NCBI GenBank assembly: GCA_963708675.1
Contig: CAVPTO010000003.1
Span: forward strand, 327,749 to 391,748
Length of the DNA: 64,000 bases
Direction of reading: 5' to 3'
Source of the DNA: an uncultured Planctomycetota bacterium
Lineage (GTDB): Bacteria; Planctomycetota; Planctomycetia; Pirellulales; PNKZ01
The notes below the pieces were generated by a model that was not told where the DNA came from, searched no databases, and saw nothing but the letters and a program-made list of their open reading frames with translations. A program made the position numbers and the translations under genes. Each line of letters starts with the position of its first letter. Positions within the stretch are counted from its first letter, which is position 1. Below are positions 53,502 through 62,611 of this stretch, piece after piece.

Positions 53502-54482
53502 CTAACGGCGCATCGCCGCTCGTGGAGCGTAGACACTCGGCGACCCGTCGTCGGCGTAACTCGACGACGAAAGCGCGTTCGATTGCGGGGGAACGACGGC
53601 GAATCCGCTACCAGCGCTGCCGTTCATCGGCGCGTTCGCGAGCGATGGCTCGGGCATCACCTGGTCGGCGCTCTGTCCGCGAACGACCCGATCGCCGGGC
53701 GCGGGCGCGTTGCTCGCCAACATGCCAGGAGCCATATCCGGCACCGAGATCGGCGGGCTGCCTTGTTTCACCCAATCGAGCCACGTGTCCTGCAGTTGGC
53801 CGAGGCTCGCGTAGCCATAGTGTCGATGCACGGCTTCGGTCCACTTTTCGTTCTGCAACCCATCACGCACGAATTGCAGAAACTTCGCTCGTCCGCCCTG
53901 AGCGAGCAGGTACGTCGCCAGCGAGTGCCCCTGAGCGTAAAGCGGCAGAATGTCGCGCGGATAATCCTTCATCGCGAACATTTGGCTGAAGGGGATGCCG
54001 CGACCGCTTCGGAGAAAGGTCACGAGCATCTTCTGCTGCTTGTTGCGCTCCTCGACGTGTTCGACGGTCGTACAGGCGCCCTCATCAGCCCAGCGCGGAA
54101 GTGGACATCGAAAGTGGCTCGCAATGATTGTGTGCGTGACCTCGTGTGGAAGCACCGAGTCGAGCACGCGATCGAGCGGCCCTTGGATGTTCATCTGCCA
54201 ACCGAAGACTTCGCCGTGATCGAAGACGAAGCTCGTCGCGCCGCCGGCGCCGAGGTGATCGCCGATCTCGACCGTGATCGGGCAAGGCTGCGACCAGGAC
54301 GGCATCGGCTTGCCGAGCCATTCGATGGCCAGCTGCTGACGAAAGCCTTCGGCCGCCGTGCCCACGCGACGCGCGATGTCGGGCGTCGGCGCGTTGACGA
54401 TAAAGTTTGTGGTGCGGTGACTAGCCCCGAGCGACGCGATCGTGCCAACCAGAAAGGCGACACGCACAAGGCGAGCATCCAT
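53502..54482 (-). CDS. secreted HExxH (peptidase MA-like) protein
   Basis: PHEVTH...PRWADEG and Y..G.SL pattern; signal-like N-terminus. Confidence 0.75.
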   Translation of the reverse strand: MDARLVRVAFLVGTIASLGASHRTTNFIVNAPTPDIARRVGTAAEGFRQQLAIEWLGKPMPSWSQPCPITVEIGDHLGAGGATSFVFDHGEVFGWQMNIQGPLDRVLDSVLPHEVTHTIIASHFRCPLPRWADEGACTTVEHVEERNKQQKMLVTFLRSGRGIPFSQMFAMKDYPRDILPLYAQGHSLATYLLAQGGRAKFLQFVRDGLQNEKWTEAVHRHYGYASLGQLQDTWLDWVKQGSPPISVPDMAPGMLASNAPAPGDRVVRGQSADQVMPEPSLANAPMNGSAGSGFAVVPPQSNALSSSSYADDGSPSVYAPRAAMRR

Positions 54483-54697
54483 GCTCCGAATCTCCTGGCT
54501 TTTCGGCTGATGTACGCGGCTGCATCGTGCAGTCGGCACGTGCGTCGTCGTCGGACTTCACCGAAGTCAACGTCGACACGTCTGGGGTCTCAGCCACCTC
54601 AGCGGTTCCGGTGAACGGCGATCACTTGCGATCGCTGGCCACTCGGGCGGGGTCCGCTGCCGGTGTTGAAAACTGCGGGAGACTAGCCGTTCGGGCC

Positions 54698-55090
54698 TCA
54701 CGGGCCTAGAGCACTTTTGGAGAGCCGGTCGAGCAGAAGTGCATTCGCCGGCGGAAACGTGTAGTGCTGCAAGGTGGCACGCGGAACCCAGCGAAAAGGG
54801 GGCTTCGGTTCGCTGGTTTTGTCGCACGGTGAACACGCGAAGAAATGCAGTTTCAGAAGTGTCTCACCGAGCGCATGCTCGGCGGGGGCGTATTCACCGT
54901 CGATCTGGACAGCGAGCCCGGTTTCTTCGAGGCATTCACGCTGCGCGGCCTCTGCCGGTGTTTCGCCGTATTCGACTTTCCCCCCGGGAAACTCCCACAA
55001 GCCCGCCATCGCGACGCCCTCCGGCCGCCGTCCGATGAGGAACGAGTCGTTGTGTTCAACCACAGCGATGGCGATTCGAACGATCTTCAT
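54698..55090 (-). CDS. mutT: MutT-like Nudix hydrolase
   Basis: GLWEFPGGKVEYGETPAEAAQRECLEETG Nudix box; FPPAN tail. Confidence 0.85.
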   Translation of the reverse strand: MKIVRIAIAVVEHNDSFLIGRRPEGVAMAGLWEFPGGKVEYGETPAEAAQRECLEETGLAVQIDGEYAPAEHALGETLLKLHFFACSPCDKTSEPKPPFRWVPRATLQHYTFPPANALLLDRLSKSALGP

Positions 55091-55171
55091 TCGCATCCAG
55101 CGAGATGGCAACGTGCGCAGTCGCGGCGCTTCAGAGCAACACCGAGACGATCATAGCAAAACGCTATGACT

Positions 55172-55876
55172 TCAACCGATTGCGGCCGGTTCGTGAATCG
55201 CAAGACAGCGGCAGATGCTGGCTGCCACGCGAGCGTTGAACGGGGCGCTCGGGCTGGGCAAGTCGGCAATGGGCCGATACGAGCGTCGCAACGATTGTCG
55301 CACGAGCGTCCACGGAGGCGAGTATGCCCTGCCCGCACGTTCGATAGCTGCCAGTTCCACAACTCGTTGCGGGTGTGGCGCCCAACGGCTGACGTCGAAC
55401 GTCACCTCCAGGGAGCCGATCAATCGGTCTGTCCATGTCTCCGCACGACGTCGCAATGAATTCAAGCTGTGCGTGTCGTGCGATGGGAGGACGGTTCCGC
55501 ATTGCAAGAGATACAGCACGCGCGATCGCGCTTCGATGTGGCCGTTGAACGCACGCTCGACGACAGGCATCAAGCGGTCGCGCCGGTCCAAGTGTTCGGC
55601 GCCGGCCACGATCGCCGTGAAGACGCGGGTCAGGATTTCGCTGGCGAGGATCTCTTCGAATGTGGCCGTGATGAGGTTGCGTTGATAATCGTGACGCGGA
55701 GGCTCGCCATCGGCAGTGAGCGCGTCGAGTCGGCGATGCCAGGCGTCGAACCTGCCCTTCGAGGCGTTCCAGTACTCTGCGATCGCAGAGTCCGGAACAT
55801 GGGAGATGCTGTCCAACAGCGACGTGCTGCGGCAGGTCAGCGTCGTCGCCAGTTCAATGGTCTCGCGTGCATCCAT
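55172..55876 (-). CDS. helical hypothetical protein
   Basis: 234-aa ORF with 'YW.AS..RFD.W', 'EEILASEILTRV', 'RRRAE.WTD.LIG'; directly behind a consensus sigma54 promoter. Confidence 0.75.
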   Translation of the reverse strand: MDARETIELATTLTCRSTSLLDSISHVPDSAIAEYWNASKGRFDAWHRRLDALTADGEPPRHDYQRNLITATFEEILASEILTRVFTAIVAGAEHLDRRDRLMPVVERAFNGHIEARSRVLYLLQCGTVLPSHDTHSLNSLRRRAETWTDRLIGSLEVTFDVSRWAPHPQRVVELAAIERAGRAYSPPWTLVRQSLRRSYRPIADLPSPSAPFNARVAASICRCLAIHEPAAIG

Positions 55877-55890
55877 GGCAGCGGGTCGTT

Positions 55891-55906
55891 TGCAAACAAG
55901 GTGCCA
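55891..55906 (-). promoter_or_regulatory. sigma54 (-24/-12) promoter
   Basis: TGGCACCTTGTTTGCA on the minus strand (GG-N10-GC), ending 14 bp before ATG 55876. Confidence 0.75.
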
Positions 55907-56005
55907 CGCTTAGCGGCGGCGACACACGCCGATTGCTAACCATCGGACGGAACGGGACTTAATCGAAGCTAAGGAGGTAATGTTCTGCAAACCGAGGCGT
56001 TGCGG

Positions 56006-56025
56006 GTGTTGCGTTTTTGCAACAC
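56006..56025. promoter_or_regulatory. palindrome GTGTTGC-N6-GCAACAC, candidate enhancer-binding-protein site
   Basis: Perfect 7-bp arms ~100 bp upstream of the sigma54 site. Confidence 0.5.
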
Positions 56026-56044
56026 TCGCTGAGACAACTCACCA

Positions 56045-57007
56045 TTACTCGTCGAGTACGAACGGCAATGGGATCGGCGCGGTTTCGCTCGAAACGATCA
56101 CCGAATCGTGCGAATCGACCCCCGCCGCGACATGCCCGCGGTGATTTTGAAAGAAGTCGTCGCCGACTTCTGCGACTTGACGCGTGGTGAGAAGTTGCAC
56201 ACGGCCGTCCTCGAAGAGAACGTTCTGAACGCTCATGCCATGATGCGAACTGCCAAGCGTGCCGCGATGACCACCGGAGGGCGCGTCGGACATCAACGCA
56301 AACGTCGACCGTCCAAGGTTGCGTAGCCGGTGATAAGTTCCGTCGCTCACGTATCCGAGACTGTAGCCGTAGCTGCCGCCCATTTCGCGCTGCAACTGTC
56401 GCAGCCTGGCGCCTTGGGCTTGCTGCAACTCAGCAATGCTTGGAATGCTTAACTCGACCGAAGCCATGCTCGCCGGGCAACGCACATGACGCCGCTCGAT
56501 CAGGCCGGCTTCGAGAAGTCGCGGAGCATAGATGCCCGCCGCGGCGAAGTTCCCGCTGGTCGGCACCTCGGGAAAGAACTGATTGTGGACGGCACTGTAT
56601 TGCAGAAGTCCGTGACCAAGGTGCAACAAGTTCGCCTGGCAACCGCGAATCTGCGCCTGATAGCGACTGCTGCTGATCGCGGGGAAGACGAGCATCGCCG
56701 CAACGACAACGACCATGCCCGCGACGAAGACATCTTGCGCGCGCCACTGGTTCGACGAACCAAACTGCCCCGGCCTCGGCCCGATACGCGCCATCACGTA
56801 GCCGAAGGTCTTTGCCGCCAGGCCGGCACAAGGCATTTCACAATCGTCTTCGCAAGCGTCGAGCGGCTCGAGGCACTTGCGAAGCCGTTCCAACTCAGCC
56901 GCTAACTCAGGATCATGCTTAAGGCGCTCGTCGACGGCCTGATGTTCATCAGCGTCGAGAGCGCCCAGCAGATAACCGACTAACTGCTCACGCATGGCTA
57001 TGCTCAC
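56045..57007 (-). CDS. anti-sigma factor with TM and DUF1559/H-X9-DG pilin-like domain
   Basis: EQLVGYLLGALD..E anti-sigma N-terminus; 'PAI..SR..A....C..NL..LG..L..Y'; 'HHG...QNVLFEDG.V'; overlaps the sigma stop. Confidence 0.75.
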   Translation of the reverse strand: MSIAMREQLVGYLLGALDADEHQAVDERLKHDPELAAELERLRKCLEPLDACEDDCEMPCAGLAAKTFGYVMARIGPRPGQFGSSNQWRAQDVFVAGMVVVVAAMLVFPAISSSRYQAQIRGCQANLLHLGHGLLQYSAVHNQFFPEVPTSGNFAAAGIYAPRLLEAGLIERRHVRCPASMASVELSIPSIAELQQAQGARLRQLQREMGGSYGYSLGYVSDGTYHRLRNLGRSTFALMSDAPSGGHRGTLGSSHHGMSVQNVLFEDGRVQLLTTRQVAEVGDDFFQNHRGHVAAGVDSHDSVIVSSETAPIPLPFVLDE

Positions 57008-57669
57008 GCATTGCTTGCCGTTTCGCCTTCAACGTGCGCGTGGTTCCAAGCTTCATTGAGTTTGACCAATGCCGTGTGCAAGCGACTTTTCACCGTTCCG
57101 ACCGGAACTCCCAATGCATCGGCTGCTTCACGGTACTTCAAACCTTGGTAGTAAATCAACGTTACGGCCAATCGCAGGGCGTCAGGCAACTCGGCCACAG
57201 CCGTGCGCGCCCAACCTTCGCGTTCAACGCTTTCGAGTTGAGCGGCAGGCCCCGACTCTCGGCTCTCCAACAACTGCAACAGTGAACCCAAATCGTCTTC
57301 GCTCTCGTTCGTCGTGCGACGATCGAGGCTGACCATCTTGTGGCGCTTGTTGCGACGCTGCGAGTCGATCGCCTGATTGGTGGCAATCGTGTACAGCCAC
57401 GGGCGGAACTTTCGTCCTTCCTCGAACTGGTGACTCTTCAAGTGCACCTGGAGGAATGTCGACTGAAAGGCGTCCTCGGCCGTCGCGGCTTCGCCCAAAT
57501 ACCTCCGCAAGTAAGTGTATAGCTCTCGCTCGTAGCGATGCACCAACTCGGCGAACGCTCGCCGATCTTGGGTGCGTCGATAGGTTGCGAAAAGCTCTTC
57601 GTCGGTCCGTTCCAACGAAGGGGCCTCGACCATTTCGACCATCGGCATCGCCATCGTATTACTACTCAT
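57004..57669 (-). CDS. ECF RNA polymerase sigma factor
   Basis: AFAELV.RY, AEDAFQ.TFL, F.PWLY.IA.N, Y.E.A..LG.P.GTVKSRL; start ATG 57669 with GAGGT upstream (ORF extends to 57804). Confidence 0.92.
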   Translation of the reverse strand: MSSNTMAMPMVEMVEAPSLERTDEELFATYRRTQDRRAFAELVHRYERELYTYLRRYLGEAATAEDAFQSTFLQVHLKSHQFEEGRKFRPWLYTIATNQAIDSQRRNKRHKMVSLDRRTTNESEDDLGSLLQLLESRESGPAAQLESVEREGWARTAVAELPDALRLAVTLIYYQGLKYREAADALGVPVGTVKSRLHTALVKLNEAWNHAHVEGETASNA

Positions 57670-58340
57670 TGCTACGAACCTCATGAGGCCGAGTTCGCGC
57701 GATCGGAAAAAACGCATCCTTGTCTTCCGATGACCCGTCCCAGCCGTATTGGAATGAGGAACTGATTGCCCGTCTCCGTCCATCTTGGACCGGATGGTAG
57801 GCATGTCATTTTGACATCGCCCGGCCCATTACCGGTTGCACGACTGGTACATAGGCAAAGGCCATGCCCAGTCGGTGCCGCGAAAGGTCAGAATGAACAT
57901 GTCGATTTCGACACAACGCAAAGCACTACATGAAATGGACTTAGGATATTAAGGCCGCGATCGACACATGCTAGCGAATCCACATCGAGCAAACCGCCGA
58001 CTTGCAAGTTCTTCCGTTCGTTACAAACGATCGGCTGCTTGCACGCTGTGGCATGACAGCACGCCCGACCGAAAACGTCGATTCATAACGTGCTATCTAA
58101 AAATGATTTACGTTCGCTTCGCCGTAACTATGCGATAAACGTTGCCCCCTCTTTAGACGCCACTCCCGATCCCGGCGTCTCACGAAATTCGATCGGGGTG
58201 CCCGCATCGAGTGTCGCGTGCGTTGTCAGGATGACGACACACCGTTAACTCTGCCCAGACTGCCAAAACTTGTGAAGGGCGCTCACCGGCACTAGCATGT
58301 TCCTAGTTGCCGCCGCCCCGAAAATCTTGCGACGCCGCAC

Positions 58341-59585
58341 ATGCCGCAGAACCTGCAAACTCCCACCCGAAGGACATGCGCGCTCGCGTTGACCGTGTCG
58401 ACGCTGGTTCTAAGCTCCGCACCCGCTCTCGGAGGTGAGTCTTACTCCGAAGTGCGCGACTTCTTAGCTCGCCACACGCGCGTGATCGAGCTAGTCGATG
58501 GCTTGGCCCGCGTCGCGATCTGCCCGAAGTATCAGGGCCGCGTGATGACAAGCACCTGCGACGGCGACGACGGCCCCAGCCTCGGTTGGGTGAACCGCGA
58601 CTTCATCGAGGCTGGCAAGGCGAGCGACATCTTCAACAACTACGGAGGCGAAGACCGCTTCTGGCTTGGGCCCGAGGCGGGGCAATTCGGTCTGTGGTTC
58701 TCTCACAACGACGAGCAAATCCTGCAGCACTGGCAAACGCCGCCAGCGCTCAACGAGGGTGGCATGACGGTCGCGAAAGATCGCAGCGATGTGTTTTGTC
58801 GCATGTCGCGGCGGGCGAAGCTGACCAACGCTTCGAACGTGATGTTCCATGTCGATATTGCGCGGACCGCAAGTCTGCTCGGTCGCGCGGCGTTATCAGA
58901 TCGTGGCGCGACGCTCGTCACGGACGATCTGAAGTTTGTGGGCTTCCAAACAGAGAACACCGTCACCAACCGCGGCGTCGCCTGGGACGAAGAGACGGGC
59001 CTATTAGCGATCTGGATACTCGGCATGTTTCCGCCGAGCGATAACGCGATCATCATTGTGCCGTATGTCGCTGGGGATGAAGCATCGCTGGGCCCGAAGG
59101 TGCTCGACGACTATTTTGCGAAGCCGTCAGAAGATCGCCTCAAAGTGTCGCCGCAGGCGATTCTCTTCCGTGGCGACGGCAAGTTCCGCTCGAAGATCGG
59201 CGCGTCGCAGCGTCGTGCGCGGTCGTGGGCAGGATCGATGGATTTCGATCGCGGCGTGTTGACGCTCATCAACTTCACCATGCCCGCCGACCCCACGCAG
59301 TCGCGATACGTGAACAACACGTGGAAGCTGCCGCAGGATGAACCGTTCGTGGGCGACGTATTCAACAGCTACAACGATGGCCCACCGGAACCAGGCACGA
59401 AGGCACTCGGCGGCTTCTACGAACTCGAGACGATGTCCCCCGCGAAGGAACTGGCCAACGGTCAATCGATCGAGCACACGCACCGAACGTTTCACCTGAT
59501 GGGACCGACCGAGTCGCTCAAGCGCGTCGCTCGCGCCACACTCGGTGTCGATCTCGACGAAGTTCGACAAGCGATGGCGCAGTAA
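58341..59585 (+). CDS. DUF6786-like secreted protein
   Basis: 'P.YQGRVMTS', 'GGEDRFWLGPE.GQF', 'N.YNDGP', 'G.FYELET.SPA' motifs; N-terminal signal. Confidence 0.7.
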   Translation: MPQNLQTPTRRTCALALTVSTLVLSSAPALGGESYSEVRDFLARHTRVIELVDGLARVAICPKYQGRVMTSTCDGDDGPSLGWVNRDFIEAGKASDIFNNYGGEDRFWLGPEAGQFGLWFSHNDEQILQHWQTPPALNEGGMTVAKDRSDVFCRMSRRAKLTNASNVMFHVDIARTASLLGRAALSDRGATLVTDDLKFVGFQTENTVTNRGVAWDEETGLLAIWILGMFPPSDNAIIIVPYVAGDEASLGPKVLDDYFAKPSEDRLKVSPQAILFRGDGKFRSKIGASQRRARSWAGSMDFDRGVLTLINFTMPADPTQSRYVNNTWKLPQDEPFVGDVFNSYNDGPPEPGTKALGGFYELETMSPAKELANGQSIEHTHRTFHLMGPTESLKRVARATLGVDLDEVRQAMAQ

Positions 59586-59587
59586 TC

Positions 59588-60250
59588 ATGATTCCGCGTC
59601 AGCTTGAACCGGAAGTGATGGCTTCCGAAACTGAAGCCGTCGATTACGACGCCATTGACCATCGCGAGGTCAATCGACGCTTCGTTGACGACTTGCTCGA
59701 ATTTTGGAAGCCCACCGGGACGGCCCTCGATTTGGGCACCGGCACCGCGCTCATTCCGATCGAGCTGTGTCGAGCCGCTGCGACGGTGCGCGTGATAGGC
59801 GTCGACATGAGCGATGCGATGATCGCCCTGGGACGAAAGAACATCGAAACCGCAGGACTCGCTCACGCAATTCGCCTGGAAATGGCCGATGCCAAGCGAT
59901 TGCCATTCGACGACGGCACGTTCGACGCCGTGATTTCGAACAGCATCGTCCATCACATTCCTGCACCGTGCGCGGTGTTGGCCGAAACGATGCGCGTCCT
60001 CGCGCCAGGTGGCGTGATGTTCGTCCGCGACCTCATGCGGCCGGAAGACGAAGTAACCGTCGACCTTTTGGTTGAGACGTACTCCGCGGGCGATTCTTCA
60101 GCTCAACGGCAAATGTTTGCCGACTCGCTTCGGGCGGCGTTGACGCTCGACGAAATGCGCGAACTTGTCGAACGTTTAGGTTTTGACGCCGAGACCGTGC
60201 AAGCCACGAGCGATCGCCATTGGACTTGGCGTGCCCGCGGCCGCCATTGA
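59588..60250 (+). CDS. class I SAM-dependent methyltransferase
   Basis: R.LEPEVM...EA..YD..DH..VN, LDLGTG, SNSIVHH, RDL.RP, SDRHWT. Confidence 0.88.
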   Translation: MIPRQLEPEVMASETEAVDYDAIDHREVNRRFVDDLLEFWKPTGTALDLGTGTALIPIELCRAAATVRVIGVDMSDAMIALGRKNIETAGLAHAIRLEMADAKRLPFDDGTFDAVISNSIVHHIPAPCAVLAETMRVLAPGGVMFVRDLMRPEDEVTVDLLVETYSAGDSSAQRQMFADSLRAALTLDEMRELVERLGFDAETVQATSDRHWTWRARGRH

Positions 60251-61689
60251 CGGCGGATTGCGGACACCCGTGGGTGCGAGCGAGCAACGACACTCTGGCG
60301 CCGCAGCCGCGAAGAGGCAAGCGAGTTCGAACCTGGCACTCGGCGCTGGGCGTCGGGCTGATACCAGGTGGGGCCAGCGTCGCTTCGAGCAATCGGAGGC
60401 TTGCGCGGACCGCACGGCCGCGAAAGCTCCGGCCATTCCACGCCGTTTTGCGTGGCAAGCGTCAGATCGCTGCGCTTCCACTGCGTGTCGAGCGCTTTGA
60501 TTCCTAGTTCCGCGCCTGCCGCGATGTTTCGCGACCAAACGACTTTGGCCTTGGGTTCACGCAGGGCGACGATCGGGGCTCGCTTCGCCATGACCACATT
60601 GCCCGAAATGGTCACGCCCTGCGGCGGCACGCTGTTATTGGCATCGTCATCGCGCAGTCCAATGATAAACGACTGCTTGCAATTCACGAGCACGTTGTCG
60701 ACGACGGAAGCTCGGACCACTGCCGCGTAGCCATTCAGCGGCGAGTTCGGCACACCATTCATGATCGAAACGGCGGCTCGCGTGTCGTCCCCTTCAAGAT
60801 CCGCGAAGTAGTTGTTCGTCACAACATGCCCGCTGCCAATGATGCGCACACCACCGGTGCCGCGCTCCTTCGCGCCGAGAAAGTAGTTGCCTTCCACGCG
60901 ACAGTCGTTGCCGTGCCGCAGCGTCAGAGCACCAGAGCAACGACTGAAGACGTTCTCACGGTAAAGATTGCCGCACGACTTGTTCGAGACGATCTCCACT
61001 TCGCCATCGCATTGCTCGAACCAATTCTGCTCGACGACGGTACTGCTTGTTTGCATCGACGTTTTGCTGTCGCCAACGCGGATAGTCTCGCCACCGTTCT
61101 TCTTCAAAACCGGGCGCGGGCCGAAATAATTGTGATCGATGTGATGCTCGTTCGGCCTGCCACCCTGCTCCGGAAGCCAAACGACCAGCGTCGTGCCGAC
61201 GTTCGTCTTGCCTTCGAGCAAACAATGGTCGATCCGATTTCGCTCGCCATAAAGCGACACCCAATGTGATTCGCATTTGGTCGACGTCGGATTGCAATCG
61301 ACGATCGCGCAATCGGTCAGGCGGCAACCGTATGCCAACCGTTTAGAATCACGGCGGAACTGTACGAGTGCTTCGGGATGGAACGCCTCGCGGAACATGA
61401 TCCCCGAGACAATTAGATGGCTACCCGCGATCAGGATGCGAGAGTTGCCGCGAAACACGGTCTTGCCCGGCGTTTGAGCTCGAAGCGTGATCGGCCGCTC
61501 AGCAGTGCCGTTCGCTTCGAGCAGCAATTCGGCATCTTGCCACGTCCCTTCAGCGAGCACGATTGTATCGCCGGGCGCCGCGTGCTGGACCACGGCCGCG
61601 AACTCGCTCGGATTTCTAACGCCGACTTCCGCCGACCAAAGGGGCGCAACGAGTGTTATCCAAGCAATGAGAACCAAGGAGCGATGCAT
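60103..61689 (-). CDS. polysaccharide lyase family 6 (alginate lyase/chondroitinase B-like); 3' end uncertain
   Basis: PGD.I.L..G.W, NRIDHC..EGK, NGGETIR.G.S, E.EIVS.KS..N, G.LTLRHG, GG.RI; the last ~80 codons look non-coding and overlap the convergent gene. Confidence 0.88.
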   Translation of the reverse strand: MHRSLVLIAWITLVAPLWSAEVGVRNPSEFAAVVQHAAPGDTIVLAEGTWQDAELLLEANGTAERPITLRAQTPGKTVFRGNSRILIAGSHLIVSGIMFREAFHPEALVQFRRDSKRLAYGCRLTDCAIVDCNPTSTKCESHWVSLYGERNRIDHCLLEGKTNVGTTLVVWLPEQGGRPNEHHIDHNYFGPRPVLKKNGGETIRVGDSKTSMQTSSTVVEQNWFEQCDGEVEIVSNKSCGNLYRENVFSRCSGALTLRHGNDCRVEGNYFLGAKERGTGGVRIIGSGHVVTNNYFADLEGDDTRAAVSIMNGVPNSPLNGYAAVVRASVVDNVLVNCKQSFIIGLRDDDANNSVPPQGVTISGNVVMAKRAPIVALREPKAKVVWSRNIAAGAELGIKALDTQWKRSDLTLATQNGVEWPELSRPCGPRKPPIARSDAGPTWYQPDAQRRVPGSNSLASSRLRRQSVVARSHPRVSAIRRQWRPRARQVQWRSLVACTVSASKPKRSTSSRISSSVNAARSESANICR

Positions 61690-61703
61690 AGCGAAAGGGC
61701 GAC

Positions 61704-61976
61704 TTATTTGATCGTGATCGATCCGTCGGGATGCGCGACGATGTGTTTGTTTTCTTTTTGAAGCTTCTTCAAGTGCTCGATCGTCTTGTCGGTGACCTTG
61801 TAGGTTCCCGGACCACCGATGACGCCGGTCGTATTCGGCAATGCTTCGAGCTGTAACGTGCCGAGCACTCCCTCGGTAATCGCTTGAAACTGCGAAATGT
61901 AAAAGTTTGCAGAAACAAGCACTAACGCACTTACGATAACCACCGAACTCAGAACTTGTCGCATGTGATCCTCCAT
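61704..61976 (-). CDS. small secreted/membrane hypothetical protein
   Basis: GGAGG-led start, hydrophobic N-terminus, packed between purN and the PL6 gene. Confidence 0.5.
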   Translation of the reverse strand: MEDHMRQVLSSVVIVSALVLVSANFYISQFQAITEGVLGTLQLEALPNTTGVIGGPGTYKVTDKTIEHLKKLQKENKHIVAHPDGSITIK

Positions 61977-62611
61977 TAAGTTATGCGAACTCGCCGCCCT
62001 TCAAGTTTCAATCGCCCTTGGCCGTACAGGCGTAACGCCTCGGGATAGGTCTCGCACTCGGCGGCGAACACACGCGCGGCGAGCGTGTCGGGCGTATCCT
62101 CTTCGAGCACCGGCACGAAGCGCTGCAGAATGATCGGCCCATGATCGTATTGCTGATCGACAAAGTGCACGGTGCAGCCACTCACCTTCGCGCCGTAGGC
62201 AAGCACCGCCTCGTGAACGTGATGGCCATAATAACCGTGGCCGCAGAAGGCGGGTATCAGCGAAGGATGAATGTTGACGACGCGGCCTTCGAAGTCCGAT
62301 GGAATCGTCACGAACTTCAAGAAGCCGGCCATGACGACGAGATGCGGATTAGCCGCCCGACAAGCAGCAAATGTCGTTTCGCTGTAGGCTTCGACTGACG
62401 TGTAGTCGCGTGGAGTGACGACGTGCGTTTCGATGCCTGCCTGTTTGGCGATGTCGATGCCGCGGGCCTTCGACGTGCTTGAGACCACGACTTCGACACG
62501 AGCGTCGAGTTCTTTCGCGGCGATACGCTCAAGCAGATTCGCGAGCGTTCGGCCGCTGCCCGAAAGGAGCACCGCGAGCCGCAACGGCGAGAAGCGATTG
62601 GTTGCGCTCAC
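61976..62611 (-). CDS. purN: phosphoribosylglycinamide formyltransferase
   Basis: SGSGRTL, AGF, NIHPSL.PAF.G, GCTVHFV...YD.GPII.Q. Confidence 0.95.
   Translation of the reverse strand: MSATNRFSPLRLAVLLSGSGRTLANLLERIAAKELDARVEVVVSSTSKARGIDIAKQAGIETHVVTPRDYTSVEAYSETTFAACRAANPHLVVMAGFLKFVTIPSDFEGRVVNIHPSLIPAFCGHGYYGHHVHEAVLAYGAKVSGCTVHFVDQQYDHGPIILQRFVPVLEEDTPDTLAARVFAAECETYPEALRLYGQGRLKLEGRRVRIT

Noticed and set aside
60103-60340. 148-bp overlap of the PL6 gene with the convergent methyltransferase
   Set aside because: The PL6 tail looks non-coding; a lost stop or indel is more likely than a functional overlap.
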